Source of the DNA: the human T2T-CHM13v2.0 reference genome, Homo sapiens
Length of the DNA: 64,000 nucleotides
Direction: 5' to 3' (one strand)
NCBI RefSeq assembly: GCF_009914755.1
Contig: NC_060932.1
Below the pieces are notes generated by a model. It saw only the letters and a program-made list of their open reading frames with translations. It ran no database searches and was not told the DNA's origin. The first letter of the stretch is position 1, and each line of letters begins with the position of its first letter. Shown in pieces: positions 26,945-39,203 of the stretch. The position numbers were made by a program, and so were the translations under genes.

Positions 26945-27005
26945 CAGTGCTGTGTTACAGTGTTGTAACACTTAGTTTGTGGCAACAGCAATAAGAAGGC
27001 AATAT
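26511..27005 (+). mobile_element. MLT1D-like MaLR LTR with (GT)n at about 26905-26942
   Basis: TGTGATAGGCAGAAT..GTCCTAATCC..GAAC.TGTGAATAT.TTACCTT..GACTTCTGACCTCCAG.ACTGTAAGATAA. Confidence 0.88.
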
Positions 27006-27776
27006 ATCATCTCATACATTCCAGAGAAAGCAAAAATAGATGGCATTAACTCTATATAACCCTTTACCTAAAACATAAAAATGAATCCCTTAAAAGCAGC
27101 TTAGCTTACATACAATAAAAAGTTACAATTTTTAAATTACATTGAATTTTTCCTATTTCCTCTCAAGATGTTTTTGTTATAGTACTAAGAAATACTCTCT
27201 TTGTTAATTACATGTGAAAAGTGTATTTTCTCATGACTTTCAGAAAAAACTTCTGTGAAAGATGGAAATTAAGGTTCTTCAGACAAGCCAAGTTATTCCA
27301 GTAGTAAGACGATAATAAAATAAGCAAGGAGTTTAACTTTCCAAGGTCAGAAGATATTCTTAATAATAATTTTAGTGTTACTTTAAAATGTAACATTGTT
27401 ACTTTAGAAAATATTGCTCTAGCTGCATTTTTATAGCTTGGGAGTCTTCTGTAGCTGGAAAGAGAGGGTACTCCATATTAATTTCTACACACAACAAAAT
27501 TGCCATTAGCAAATATTCTCAAACAAAAATGTTCTTGTAACCCATTTAAAAGTGCAAATTAAATGGACTTTGTGGTAATAATTTGTGAAGTACATTAAAA
27601 TGCATTGTATGCTGAAGGCTAAAATGTTACAGATTTGTCTATACGAGCTAAACCTACTGGTTCATACTAATGACATGTTCATACTAATGACATGTAGCAT
27701 TACAGGGCAATGTGTTTCAGAGCTGGGATTGCCTGTAAATTGCCTCAAGTATGATTTAACAGATATCACGCAAAAT

Positions 27777-28008
27777 TTTCATACACAAATGTATCCCCAG
27801 ACCAACATAGTGTAGCCCTGGAGATGCACCACAGAAAGGCATTATGTAAAGATGGCATATTGCCAATATTTAAAATAAAAATGATTGTATAGTAATACAT
27901 TTGCTTATTTATTCATTCACAAAAGCTTATTTATATACTCACTCAATAAAGCTTTTGTGAATGAGTAAACAAGCGAATGTATTACTTCACATTTTTTAAA
28001 AGTATAGG
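27777..28008 (+). repeat. Copy 1 of a ~230-bp local direct duplication, with a long hairpin at 27891-27986
   Basis: Aligns to 31419-31646 with about 14 substitutions and 3 small indels (manual alignment). Confidence 0.95.
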
Positions 28009-28039
28009 TACTTTTTAAAAAGTACCTTCACATTTTTAA

Positions 28040-28500
28040 AAAGTACAGGCACTAGAATTCATAAGTTCGGGTTAAAAATTCAGGTTTAACTTCTTATGAA
28101 CATTATAGTGGCAGAAAACATACTCACCCTCTCTGACCTCTTGGTCAGAGAAGAAACCCTCTCTGGTTTCTTCATTTGTGAAATAGGGATAAAATCCACC
28201 TTTAAGAAGTACTATGTCTAATGGCTAGAGCAAAAATACACGGATCCTGTCTGGGTCAATACCCTGGCTTAGCCACTCACTGTATATGGCCATTGGCAAG
28301 TATTTCAATGAGCTTGGGAAGTTTGCCTTCATTTTCTCATCTACAATATATTAACACCTACCTGGTACAGTTGTTGGTAAGATTCATATAAAACGTCAGC
28401 ACATTGTATATGCTTAATATGTGTTATCCACTGTAATATCATTGTGGTGAGGGTGCAAATAAGATCAGGCGTGGAAAACACTGAACACTTAAGTGTCATT
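28040..28500 (+). mobile_element. Two MIR fragments
   Basis: CTCTCTG.TTTCTTCATTTGTGAAATAGGGAT and GGGTCAATACCCTGGCT..GCCACTCACT..TTTTCTCATCT. Confidence 0.65.
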
Positions 28501-28754
28501 CAAATATCATTTATTTGAAAGCTTTATACATTATGTAAACATGTTATACATGTTTTAGGTATGTACAATGTATAGTATACTGTAGAACGTATTTCCTCAA
28601 TTTTAGAACACACGTTTTTCATATTATTACATTTCAAATACTAGAATGTATCTTCCAATTGTCTTTTATGCTTAACATAGTGCTTGTTTCCTTAAAAGCT
28701 CATAAACATTTATAATGTATGAATGAGGAAATAAAACACATCTAAGTATATCTA

Positions 28755-29845
28755 GAATATGCGGGAAACTAAAACAACTCAAGAGCAAAAAAAAAATCTA
28801 AAATATGAGCTAAGGATCTGAATGGACATTTCTCAAAAGAAGACATACAAATGGCTGATGAGTATATGAAAAGATGCTCAACATCACCAATTATCAGGAA
28901 AATGCAAATCAAAATGCCAAAGAGAAACCATCTCACCCAGTTAAGAACCTTATCATCAAAAAGACAACAAAAATAGCAAATGTTGGTGTGAATGCAAAGA
29001 AAAGAGAATGCTTATCCACTGTTGGGTGGAATGTAAATTAGTACAGTCATTATGAATAGCAGTATGTAGATTTCTCAAAAAACTAAAATAGAACTACCAT
29101 ATGACTCAGCAAGCTCACTTCTGGGGGTATTTATCCAAAGAAAAGAAAATCAATATATCAAAGGGATACCTGCACCATCATGTTTATTGCAGCACTATTC
29201 ACAATAGCCAAGGTATAGAATCAACTCAAGAGTCCATCAACAGATGAATAAAGAAAATATGGTGTATATATATATATGTGTGTGTGTATATATATGTGTG
29301 TGTGTATATATATATGTATATATATGTGTGTATATATGTATATATATGTGTGTATATACATATATATATATACACACACACATAATGAAATACTATTATT
29401 TACAGCAACATGGATGTGCCTGGAGGACGTTATGTTAGGTGAAATAAGTCAGGCACAGAAAACTAAATACTCCACTTTCTCACTCAAACATGGGAGCTAA
29501 AAAACAAAAAAGTTAATCTCATACAAGTAGAAGGTAAATAAAGGTCCCTCAAGGTGTGAAGGAGTGGGGAGGATAAGAGATTCATTAATGAATCTGAAGT
29601 TACAGTAATATAGAAGGAGTAAGTTTTAGTGTTCTCTAGCATGGTAGGGTGAATATGGTTAACAATATAGCAATTTTTAAAAAGCTAGAAGAATGCTCAC
29701 AACATAAAGAAATGATCAAAGTTAGAAGTGATGAATACGCTTGCTACCCTGATTTGATCATTACATACTGTACACATGGATTGAAATATCATTCTGTACC
29801 TCATAAATATGTGCAGTTATTACATATCACTAAAAATTAAAGGAA
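28755..29845 (+). mobile_element. L1MA (MA3-MA5-like) 3' fragment with TA/TG microsatellite at about 29264-29380
   Basis: GACATTTCTCAAAAGAAGACATACAAATGG..ATGTTTATTGCAGCACTATTCACAATAGCCAAG..TACCCTGATTTGATCATTACA. Confidence 0.9.
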
Positions 29846-31059
29846 AAAACATATATGTATATAATACATGTGTATGTATGTATTGGTCAGGAAATCTCCT
29901 TATTCACCTTTGTTTCCTTAAAGCCAGCACAATGCAGGCCCTAGTGTTTGCTCAATAAATGTCTGTTAATGCAATGAATAATTAACTTATCGACATCTCC
30001 AGATGTGACCTGGGTGCCACTCTTCCCACGTATGTCAGTCTAGCTAAAAACACTTTTAGTTAAGGGTTTGCTCCTAGGCAGGCTGTCCTATGTAGACTGG
30101 ACTGCTTTTTCCCTTGAAATAAATGCAAATCTCATCACAATTAATATAGTTTCTATTCTAAAACCCAGGTAGCTACTGGTCTGTCACTCTGGGGGCCCCC
30201 ACAATTTACCTTTCAGTCTCCATTCAGCTGGCCAGCACCTGCTCGGGTTTCCTAGCATTCATGTCCAGCTCCTCCTTCTTTTTGCCCCTCCTTCCCAGCA
30301 GAGCACAGGTGTTGGAAAGCTGGGCACTGTGGAAAAGCAAGGGGCATAAGTTTGTGAGCCACAGTGGGTAGGGTGTCTGTGGGGCCTTTCTGTGCATTTT
30401 TCTCTATTAGTGGTTAAAAAAACAACTTATCAGCTTGAGGAAAAGCCAATTAACAAGTCTAGAGCCAAGAATTGTACTGCATCCACACTGTATTTGAAAT
30501 GGTACACCCCAATCACTTCCTCTGAAATCAATCAAGTTGTTATTGTTTGTTCATGGTTTCATCTGCCATTCTGAATAGCATGTCCCTCATAAGCTGGAAC
30601 TTCTCTTTGCCCATCTGTGTATCTTCAAGATCTGATTCACAGTGTGCAATGCTGTTGAATTGAATTATTAAACTGGACTGAGTCTCAAATTATTCATGCA
30701 TCTTCTGATTTATTAGTTCATCATTTATTGAGAACTATGAGCTAGTTTCTGGAGGAAAAATTATGAATAGGATTTCTTTTCTGTCACAGAGAGGCTCATA
30801 ATTAGTGTGGGAGATGGATATATAAACTAATAATTACAATAACAATAAGAAAACACTCTAACATATTTATGCATGAAATGTTATGAAAGCATATAAGATG
30901 CAATGATTCATTAACTCTTCTTGGGGAGTCAAGGAGTGAAAATACAGCTAGATTTTCAAGGATGACTATATAATCAAGAGGCAGAGAATTCAAGCCAAAG
31001 GAAAAGGAATAATAAGTACAACGGCATGGAAGCACAAACAATAATACTAAAACATGGAT

Positions 31060-31250
31060 AATTAACATTTATATTACACTATGCATCAGGCTACATTCTG
31101 GGCCACACACACAGTCATTTAATACGCATAAAACCCTGTGAGATAAGTACTTTTATTATTCCCAATTTACATAAATGAAGACTGAGGCACATAGGCGAAT
31201 GATAAAGGAAAGATGCAAATCCAGGTAGTCATGCTCCATCACTGCTATGC
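31060..31250 (-). mobile_element. MIR
   Basis: AACCCTGTGAGATAAGTACT..TATT.CCC.ATTTACA.A.ATGA.GACTGAGGCAC. Confidence 0.75.
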
Positions 31251-31264
31251 AACGCAACAAATTG

Positions 31265-31375
31265 TCATGGAATCACACAAAATGAAATACTATTCAACAC
31301 TAAAATGACTAAATATCTGTTACATACAACAACACGGATGAATCCCTAAAACAGTAGAAGTGAAAGAAATAAGGT
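31265..31375 (+). mobile_element. L1ME/MC 3' fragment ending next to duplication copy 2
   Basis: AATGAAATACTATTCA.CA.TAAAA..TACATACAACAACA.GGATGAATC. Confidence 0.6.
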
Positions 31376-31418
31376 ATGCAAGTTTAAATTACAAGCTATT
31401 TCCAGGAAGTATCAACAG

Positions 31419-31646
31419 TTTCATACCAAAATGTATCCCCAGACCAACACTGTATGGCCCTGGAGATGCACCACAGAAAGACATTATGTAAACATGGCAT
31501 ATTGCCACTATTTAAAATAAAAATGATTGTATGGTAATACATTCGCTTATTTATTCATTCACAAAAGCTTTATTTATATACTCAGTAAAGCTTTTGTGAA
31601 TGAGTAAACAAGTGAATGTATTACTTCACATTTTAAAAAGTATAGG
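31419..31646 (+). repeat. Copy 2 of the ~230-bp local duplication, with a long hairpin at 31533-31625
   Basis: Aligns to 27777-28008; 39-bp arms at 31534-31572 and 31586-31624. Confidence 0.95.
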
Positions 31647-32009
31647 CTGAAATGAATATGTATGAAATGAAAGTATGGCTGAAATGAATATGGGCTTTGT
31701 AGTAAACAGTGTGAAAGATGAAGCTACAATGGTAGGCCGGAATAAATTTGTCAATATCCTCGAAGTCAGAGCGAAAGTTAGGACTGCACCAACGGGGTAG
31801 TTTCTCAGAGCATTTACTTATAAGGAGCTGTGACAGATCATTGAGTGCTAGTAAATTATTAGAAAGGTAATGATGTTGAAAAAGTACATTTACCAGGATT
31901 CTCCTCAGAACAAGTTCTGAATGTGTTAGCAAAGAAAACTGATTAGCTACTTGTAAGAGAATGATACAGAGGAGTATGATTAAGCAACTACAGATGGCTC
32001 TAAACTGCC

Positions 32010-32290
32010 TCTTTTTACTGAGATAAAGTTAACATAAAATAAAGCGCAGAAATCTTAAGTGTTCACTTGGATAAATTTTGATAATTGTATACATCTGTGG
32101 AATCATCTCTGATAACAAAACAAGATATAAAATATCTCCATCTCCTAGAAAGTTTCATGTGCCCCTTCTAGCTAATTCTCTCTCCTATACAATATGTATC
32201 CATTCGTCCTATATTAGTTCTGCCTGCATTTGGGTCTCATATAAAAAGATGACTGCAATGTGGAGATTTTGGTGTCTTGTTTCTTTCACT
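32010..32290 (-). mobile_element. L1MC/ME 3' end fragment
   Basis: TTTTTA.TGAGATA..ACATA.AATAAA..GC.A.ATCTTAAGTGT.CA.TT.GAT.AATTTTGA. Confidence 0.65.
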
Positions 32291-33143
32291 TTCATTAATA
32301 AGTTGATAGAACAACTTATGTAAGTTTGGGGCCACAGCTGAATTGTGCATGATGAATAGAAGGAGGCTGAGTGCTTCCTTCTCCCCCTTTCTCATGGAAT
32401 TCTCAGACTCATATCTAAATGATTGAATGAAAGTCTATAGCTTTAACAGAATGCCAAATTATTAACCTGGTAGAGGCACAAACAATTCCTGTCTGGCTTA
32501 AATATACCTTAGTTATGAATGTGGATTTTGTTTTAAAGATTCCAAGAAGTGACATACATAAATTTGTGTCCAATGGTAATACACTTTACACAATGTACTA
32601 GGAGCTGGGAAATAATTTAAAAGGCTGGTGAAACAGGCCAGGTGAAAAATAATGAATTAGAATAGTTAGAAGAAAACTGAGTTCAAGAGGTGCATAAACA
32701 CTGCTCCTCAATGTGTGTGTGTGCATGCGCACGGGTGTTGTAGCAGAAAATAATTTTGTAGCTGTAGACTCTTTCTCTTTCACTGCATTTACTGCATCCA
32801 CACAACAGATTCTACAGATCCATTTGAACGAAAATATTCAGAGCAGCTGGTAAGCTGAGGTGTCCTCAACCTGCAAGCCCTGTGCCTCACACACACCAGT
32901 GCCTACCTGATGTAATCCATACTCTCTCAATATATCCTGGCTTTCTAGTTTGTTTCTTTTTAGAATGTCTCTGAATTCTTGGCCTTTCAAACATAGTAGC
33001 TTAGCTACAGTGCTCTAGTATCACTTCTGGAAACAACAGAACACAAAAATATCCAACTGAAATAGCATATGAGAATTATGTGAATATCAGACTCTGACCC
33101 AGGCCTAAATAGTATCTGTTTTGCTGTTTCTCAGACATTTTCA

Positions 33144-33145
<2 letters not shown>

Positions 33146-33181
<36 letters not shown>
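33146..33181 (+). repeat. (CA)n microsatellite
   Basis: Seen directly. Confidence 0.95.
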
Positions 33182-33183
<2 letters not shown>

Positions 33184-33277
33184 CAAGGACTCGTTGGAGA
33201 TCAACGTTTTTATATCAGATTCAAAGAAAGATCAACAATTTATTATTTTTAGCTCAGAAGTTCCTGGAAAAGCTTAC

Positions 33278-33352
33278 CTTTATCTTCTCTTTGCTATGAC
33301 AGGCTTTGTCATTTTCCTAGCTGGCACATCAAACCATGAGCTCTACCCTTGA
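33278..33352 (-). other. Candidate 75-nt non-coding exon
   Basis: Minus strand: branch-like CCTAAT, acceptor TTTCCTGTTTTATTTCAG|TC, donor AAG|GTAAGC; stops in all three frames. Confidence 0.35.
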
Positions 33353-34722
33353 CTGAAATAAAACAGGAAACTCATGGATTAGGTCACTTCAATACAATAC
33401 ACAGTCTCACTGTTTATTCAGTGGTATTGACCCACTATTCTAGAAGATTTGAAAAGACTGAAAGAAAAGAAGAATTGTGTTTAGAGAGAACCATTGTAAC
33501 CGGTCTATTCCTAGAAACCTTACTATGCAGGTTTATCCCATAATTAAATTACTTCACTCTGGGTGGTTGGTCTATTGTTCATATTGTGTCTGCTCTTTTC
33601 CTTAAGTGATCTCTTATTTCAGTATTTTTTCAAAATTAAACATAAACCCTGAGTCAATCTTTCATTTTATAAAAATCAGGGATGTTAAACATGTGGTACT
33701 TGAGCAGAACTGCAATCCCTGATTAATTAACCATGAAGAGTACTCATAAAAGGCTACATGAGTTGGCAGCTTTCATAAAGAGAGGTTGTATGACATTTTG
33801 TGCATCACTGGCTAATCAGAGTCATTGGCCTTTGGGATGTCTGGAGCAAGAGCTGTGGCTGGGTCTGCAGAGAAGGTGACTTCATTTGGAAGGCAACATG
33901 CTTCAAAGTCATTAGGGGAAATGCATGCCAGCTCTGGCCCTGTAATGCTTTCATTGATTTTGCAAATCATTTATCTAGCAGCCATGAACACTAACTATAC
34001 TGTATCAGAATCAGTAAGAAAGGAAGGCTTTATATATGTTACAGAGATTTGCTTAGTCCTCGATGGCTACTTCAGCATGCTCTGAAAGGTGCAGCCACAC
34101 ACAGTGAAAAGCAATACATGAGCGTTCTAGTTGGACAAAAAAGGCTCCCTCTGCCTTTTAATATAAAACTTGATGCAGGATTCTCCATGTTGGCACATCT
34201 TTCATTAAATTAAAATGCCAGGCTTCAAACAAAAATTTCTGGTGTGATGTTAGGATGCTTCCAGCCCTCTCTATGCAGGGAAAAGACTGCTAACTGATTG
34301 TAAAATCACAGCTATTTATCCAATTAGAGGGGAGCGGAATACAAGCTTCTATTAGGAAAAGAAATAAAGGCCAATATAGAATGTTTCTTCTTGCAACTAG
34401 GTCAATTTAGATACATATGAGTAGCCATGTATTTAATGGCAACCTCAGAATTCTAATACCTCCTCTGTGCTAAATAAAGTATGTGCAATAAGACCCAACA
34501 CCCAATTAGCTCAATGAAAGATGAATAAGGTCAAATTCTACAAAACAAACTACACTAAAATGTTGAGAGTGAATTCACCATAATGGTAATATGTCAGCTA
34601 ACTTCTGAAAATGAAATAATTTGTTTTATATTTTTATATTTCTTTTCAATTTGTCTTCACAAAAAATAGTGAATAGTGGCTTACATAAAAGGTATTTTAT
34701 TTTTAAGACATCTAAGCATAAA

Positions 34723-35072
34723 GGTATATTGTATACTCCCACAAGAATGGCCATGATCAAAAAATAAAAATAATAATAGATGTTGGCGTGGATGTGGTGA
34801 AAAGGGAACACTCCTACTCTGCTGGTGGGAATGTAAACTAGTACAACCACTATGGAAAACAGTGTGGAAATTCCTTAAAGAACTAAAAGTAGAAATACCA
34901 TTTGATACAGCAATCCCACTTCTGGGTATCTATCCAGTAGAAAAGAAGTCATTATATGAAAAAGTACTTGCACATCCATGTTTATAGCAGTACAATTCAC
35001 AATTGCAAAAATTTGGAACCAACCCAAATGCCCAGCAATCAAAGAGTGGATAAAGAAACTATGATATACCTA

Positions 35073-35120
<48 letters not shown>

Positions 35121-35191
35121 ACAGTTATCACACATATGTGTATATATGTGTGTATATATACATATATATGTGTGTATATATATTGTGCTAG

Positions 35192-35243
<52 letters not shown>

Positions 35244-35609
35244 TACAATGGAATACTACCCAGCCATAAAAGGAATGAATTAATGGCATTCGCAGCAACC
35301 TGGATGATACTAGAGACTATTATTCTAAGTGATGTAACTCAGGAATGGAAAAACCAAACATCGTGTGTTCTCACTCATTAGTGGAAACTAAGCTATGAGG
35401 ATGCAAAGGCATAGGAATGACTCAATGCACTTTGGGGACCCAGGGGGAAAGAGTGGGAAGGGGGTGAGGGATAAAAGACTACAAATTGGGTTCAGAGTAT
35501 ACTGACTGGGTGATGGGTACACCAAAATCTCGCAAATCACCACTTACTCAGGTAACCAAATACCACCTGTTCCCCAAAAGCCTATGGAAATAAAAAAATT
35601 TAAATAAAA
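34723..35609 (+). mobile_element. 5'-truncated L1PB1-like element with internal (TATC)n/(TA)n at about 35070-35245
   Basis: L1PB 3'UTR GTAACCAAATACCACCTGTTCCCCAAAA.CCTATGGAAATAAAA; 18-bp TSD AAGACATCTAAGCATAAA at 34705-34722 and 35610-35627. Confidence 0.93.
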
Positions 35610-36179
35610 AAGACATCTAAGCATAAAAAGCAGTATTTGTTTTATAGCAAGATTTGTTACAAAGTTGTCTTCATAAAAACAATTCGTTTTTATTAAATAA
35701 TATTGTGAATGATAGTATTCATAATATGAAACAAAAAAATTAAGGGTAGGATGTCTTCCAATTTTCGAAAATCTTTTTGATAGTGCTTCTCCATGAGTCA
35801 GGGGATTACCCACTCTTCTGCAAATTACACTCCTTGTGCTCCAAATCCTCCCATCTGAAGTTCCCTAAGGTCTGCTAAAATGCTTTCAGACTCTAGGTAG
35901 GTAGATTCTCATGGTTAATTTTCAAAAATAGAACCTATTTATTATTTAAAAATGCAAAAAGTGGTTTTAATGGTTTTATTTGCACAGTTAGAATTAAATC
36001 ACATACACACATGCTATTCTGCTTTTATAGAAATAATAAAGATAATATTATAAAGAGTTCATAAACACGGTTTTTATATTGTATAATTTTCAGTGAAGAG
36101 CCAGCCATTACTTGACTGTTGTTGCTGGAGCTTTCCACTTCATTCCTATCAGGAAGATGAATGTCTTTGACCATAAGAA

Positions 36180-36440
36180 GCATCCTGTATGGTAGAAAAA
36201 GCATGAGATCTAGAATCAGACAAATACAATTTTAAACTTTGCCCACTTCTTAGAAAGAGTATCTTGACCTAGGACAAATTACTTCAGCCTTTCACAATCT
36301 CAGATTGCTCACATTTTAAATGGGTGTGATATCTACCTTGACAGGCCACTGTGACAGTAAATTAAGATGACATTTTTAGAAAACTAGCACAATTCCTGAT
36401 ATGTATAATTGAGATTAAATTATTTATTGCTATTATAATT
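36180..36440 (+). mobile_element. MIR
   Basis: GGTAGAAAAAGCATG..TCTAGAATCAGAC..TGACCT.GGACAA.TTACTT..CTCAG.TT.CTCA. Confidence 0.7.
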
Positions 36441-38824
36441 TTCATCATCATCATCTTAAAGCCCTAGGACAGTTTCCATATAGGGGCATTACTGAAGGAT
36501 ATTTTTAGTAATGTATGATTCATGTCTACTATGTCCCCAAAATGTTTTTTTAGCAACTTGACCTGCAGTGTTTATTCTTCCTTATATTTCTACCTGTTTT
36601 AAGTTGTATATTTTTATGTAATTTATATAGCATTTTAATATGCTGTGATATATTAAAGTTATTTTTTGTTCAACCTTCATGATGAATTATTGACATAGAG
36701 TGAATATCCTATTTAATGTTAATGTTTTGGCCTTGGAAAATATATTTGGTATTATTATTGCCACTCTCACTCTCTGTCTGTACTTTCTTGAATATATCTT
36801 AACCCAGATCTTTATTTTCAATGGCACTGCAACATACATTTTAATTATTAACAGGATATGATCAAGTTTTGTTCTTTAATTCATGAGTGTTATCTCATAA
36901 TGAGTTTTATTTTATATTTAGTTTAATAACTTCTAATGATATTTTGACTCCCAGGAAGTAAGTAGGAAGACTGCTATTGGGACCACCATACAGGTCACAA
37001 GGATCTCGGGTAAGGCCACACAGTACTGCAGCTTGAGGCAGTACTATTTAATACATTGCCCTAGTCATGGCTTCTGTCTCCAGCAGCTGAGACTGGTACA
37101 AAGAAGACAACAGTATGAAGCAGATATGAAGGGTGAGGTAGACATGGATGGAGAAAAAGAAGAACAAGACCAGAGGATGTGTGAGGAGAGGGTCAGGGTT
37201 ACATTTTATTTTAGGACTAAGTCAAAATACATAATGAATCAGAGCCCTCTTTTATGATGCTTCTCACACATAATTTGGAAAACAGTTAGGTTTAAAGAGC
37301 TAATTTCAGTTTGAATATTACTGTCTTCCTGTATTTCTTGTTTAAGGAACATTTTTTTCCATTCTATTTTATTTTGGGAGGCCATATAAATTAAATTTAT
37401 TTTGTCTATAACTTCTATGATAATTTAGATGGTATACATTCAGATTTTAATTTTATTAGTGACTATCTTATATTTTTAAGTGATCAAAATTATATTTATC
37501 TAATTTTCAAAATAAAACAAGGATTTTTTTTTGTTTCTAGTTAGTCAGAAAAACACTCTCATGGATTCCTCTGTATTTCTATATTCATCTACTTACCATT
37601 TCTCACTCTCCTGCAATTTTCCTAGTCTTCTGTAATCTAATTCAAAGAATATAAACCTGTAGTTTTTAAAACTCTTTTCAACATACAGATTCTTCTTCAT
37701 TTAATTTTATACATTCAATTTTGAAACCAAATTCCATAATTATGTAAGTAATTCTATTTGTTTTGTCTTAAATATTTATCATAAGTTCCTTTTACCTACG
37801 ATTCTTAGATTCTATAATTCTTAGATTTTTTTATCCCCATTCTTAGATACTAAACTTTGATTCAATAATTGAAAGTCATCTATTTTGGAAGCATAACTTC
37901 ATAGCAAAGCTGCTTTTATTTCTATAAACATCTAAAACAATTCTGCTATACATTTTGCACATGAAAATTAATTTGGTTATGCAAAGACAGTGTGAGTGGT
38001 ATATATCATTTTATTGTTTTCTGGAAGCTAACCTTGTAGAAAGAAGTCTAATGTCTATAGAAGTTGAACTCATTTTTAATTTACTTGGATGATTATATTT
38101 TTAAATACTACCTGAGTATAGCTAGATAATAGAGTTTTTCATAAGTTTCTGTAACTATGTTGTTTTTAGTTCAGAAACAATTTCTGCTATTATTTTGTAT
38201 TATGTATTCTGCTCATAAGTTCTGTTGTCTCTTGAAAACATTTATTACCTTTGCCTCATTTTCTCTATATTTATTTCGATTTGTTTATACTTTTTGTCTG
38301 TGCTCTAGAGATATATCTTCAGTTAATCTTTTGCAACATGAATTGGAATTTAAAGCTTCTGATTTATAGCACCTGAATATGCTACTCATTCACAAACAAA
38401 CTTTGCTCATATTTCTCTGTTCTTATGACCTGCTACTATTCATATGGTTGGTATTTTTTTTAATCCAAAATATTCTTGCATTGCTTGCAGTAAATTTATT
38501 CCAGAGAGGCATGAGCCCTTTGAAACTAGGACAATGGTTTATGTATTTTATGTTGTGGTCCCTACGAGTTCATTTGCCATCTACCATTCCCCTCTAGTTC
38601 CATTCTTTATTTCTCTATTTAAAAGAAAGTTTCTATTTAATTCAGCTGTTATCATATGGGAAACATTACACACTATGAAAATTGTCCTGGACTTTACACA
38701 AACCCTTCAACTGAACAACTCAGTCTAGCACATTGTAGGATCAGAGATGAAGTATTAAGGAGGTGTTCTGAAATTGCAGACTCAAGCCATGTCTCATTAC
38801 CAATTCCTATTGAATGGTCTAGAT

Positions 38825-39038
38825 TAGGGATCAGCAAACTACAGCCAAATCTGGCCCACCATCTGTTTTTGTGAATAAAGTGGTATTGGAACACAGCCAT
38901 GCTTATTCATTTATGTATTGTCTATGACAGCTTTCAAGCTGTAATACAGAAATGAGTAGTTGCAACAGAAACCATAAGGCCTGCAAAGCCTAAAATATTT
39001 ATTATCTAGCCCTTATAGCAAAAGTTTGCTGACACGTA
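38825..39038 (+). mobile_element. MER58A (hAT-Charlie)
   Basis: AGGGATCAGCAAACT..AATAAAGT..TATTGGAACACAGCCATGC..AAAAGTTTGCTGAC; 8-bp TSD GTCTAGAT/ATCTAAAT. Confidence 0.9.
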
Positions 39039-39203
39039 ATCTAAATTCTCTAGCCCAAATATAAACAGGAGTGCTAAGGAAATCTGACCCCCTTCACCCA
39101 TAATGTCATCCATAAACAATGTGATCCCTTTTCTGGTAAGTAACCAGAACAGCCTGGAACATCAAAAATATCTATTTATACCTTATCACCAAGGTATCCT
39201 TGT

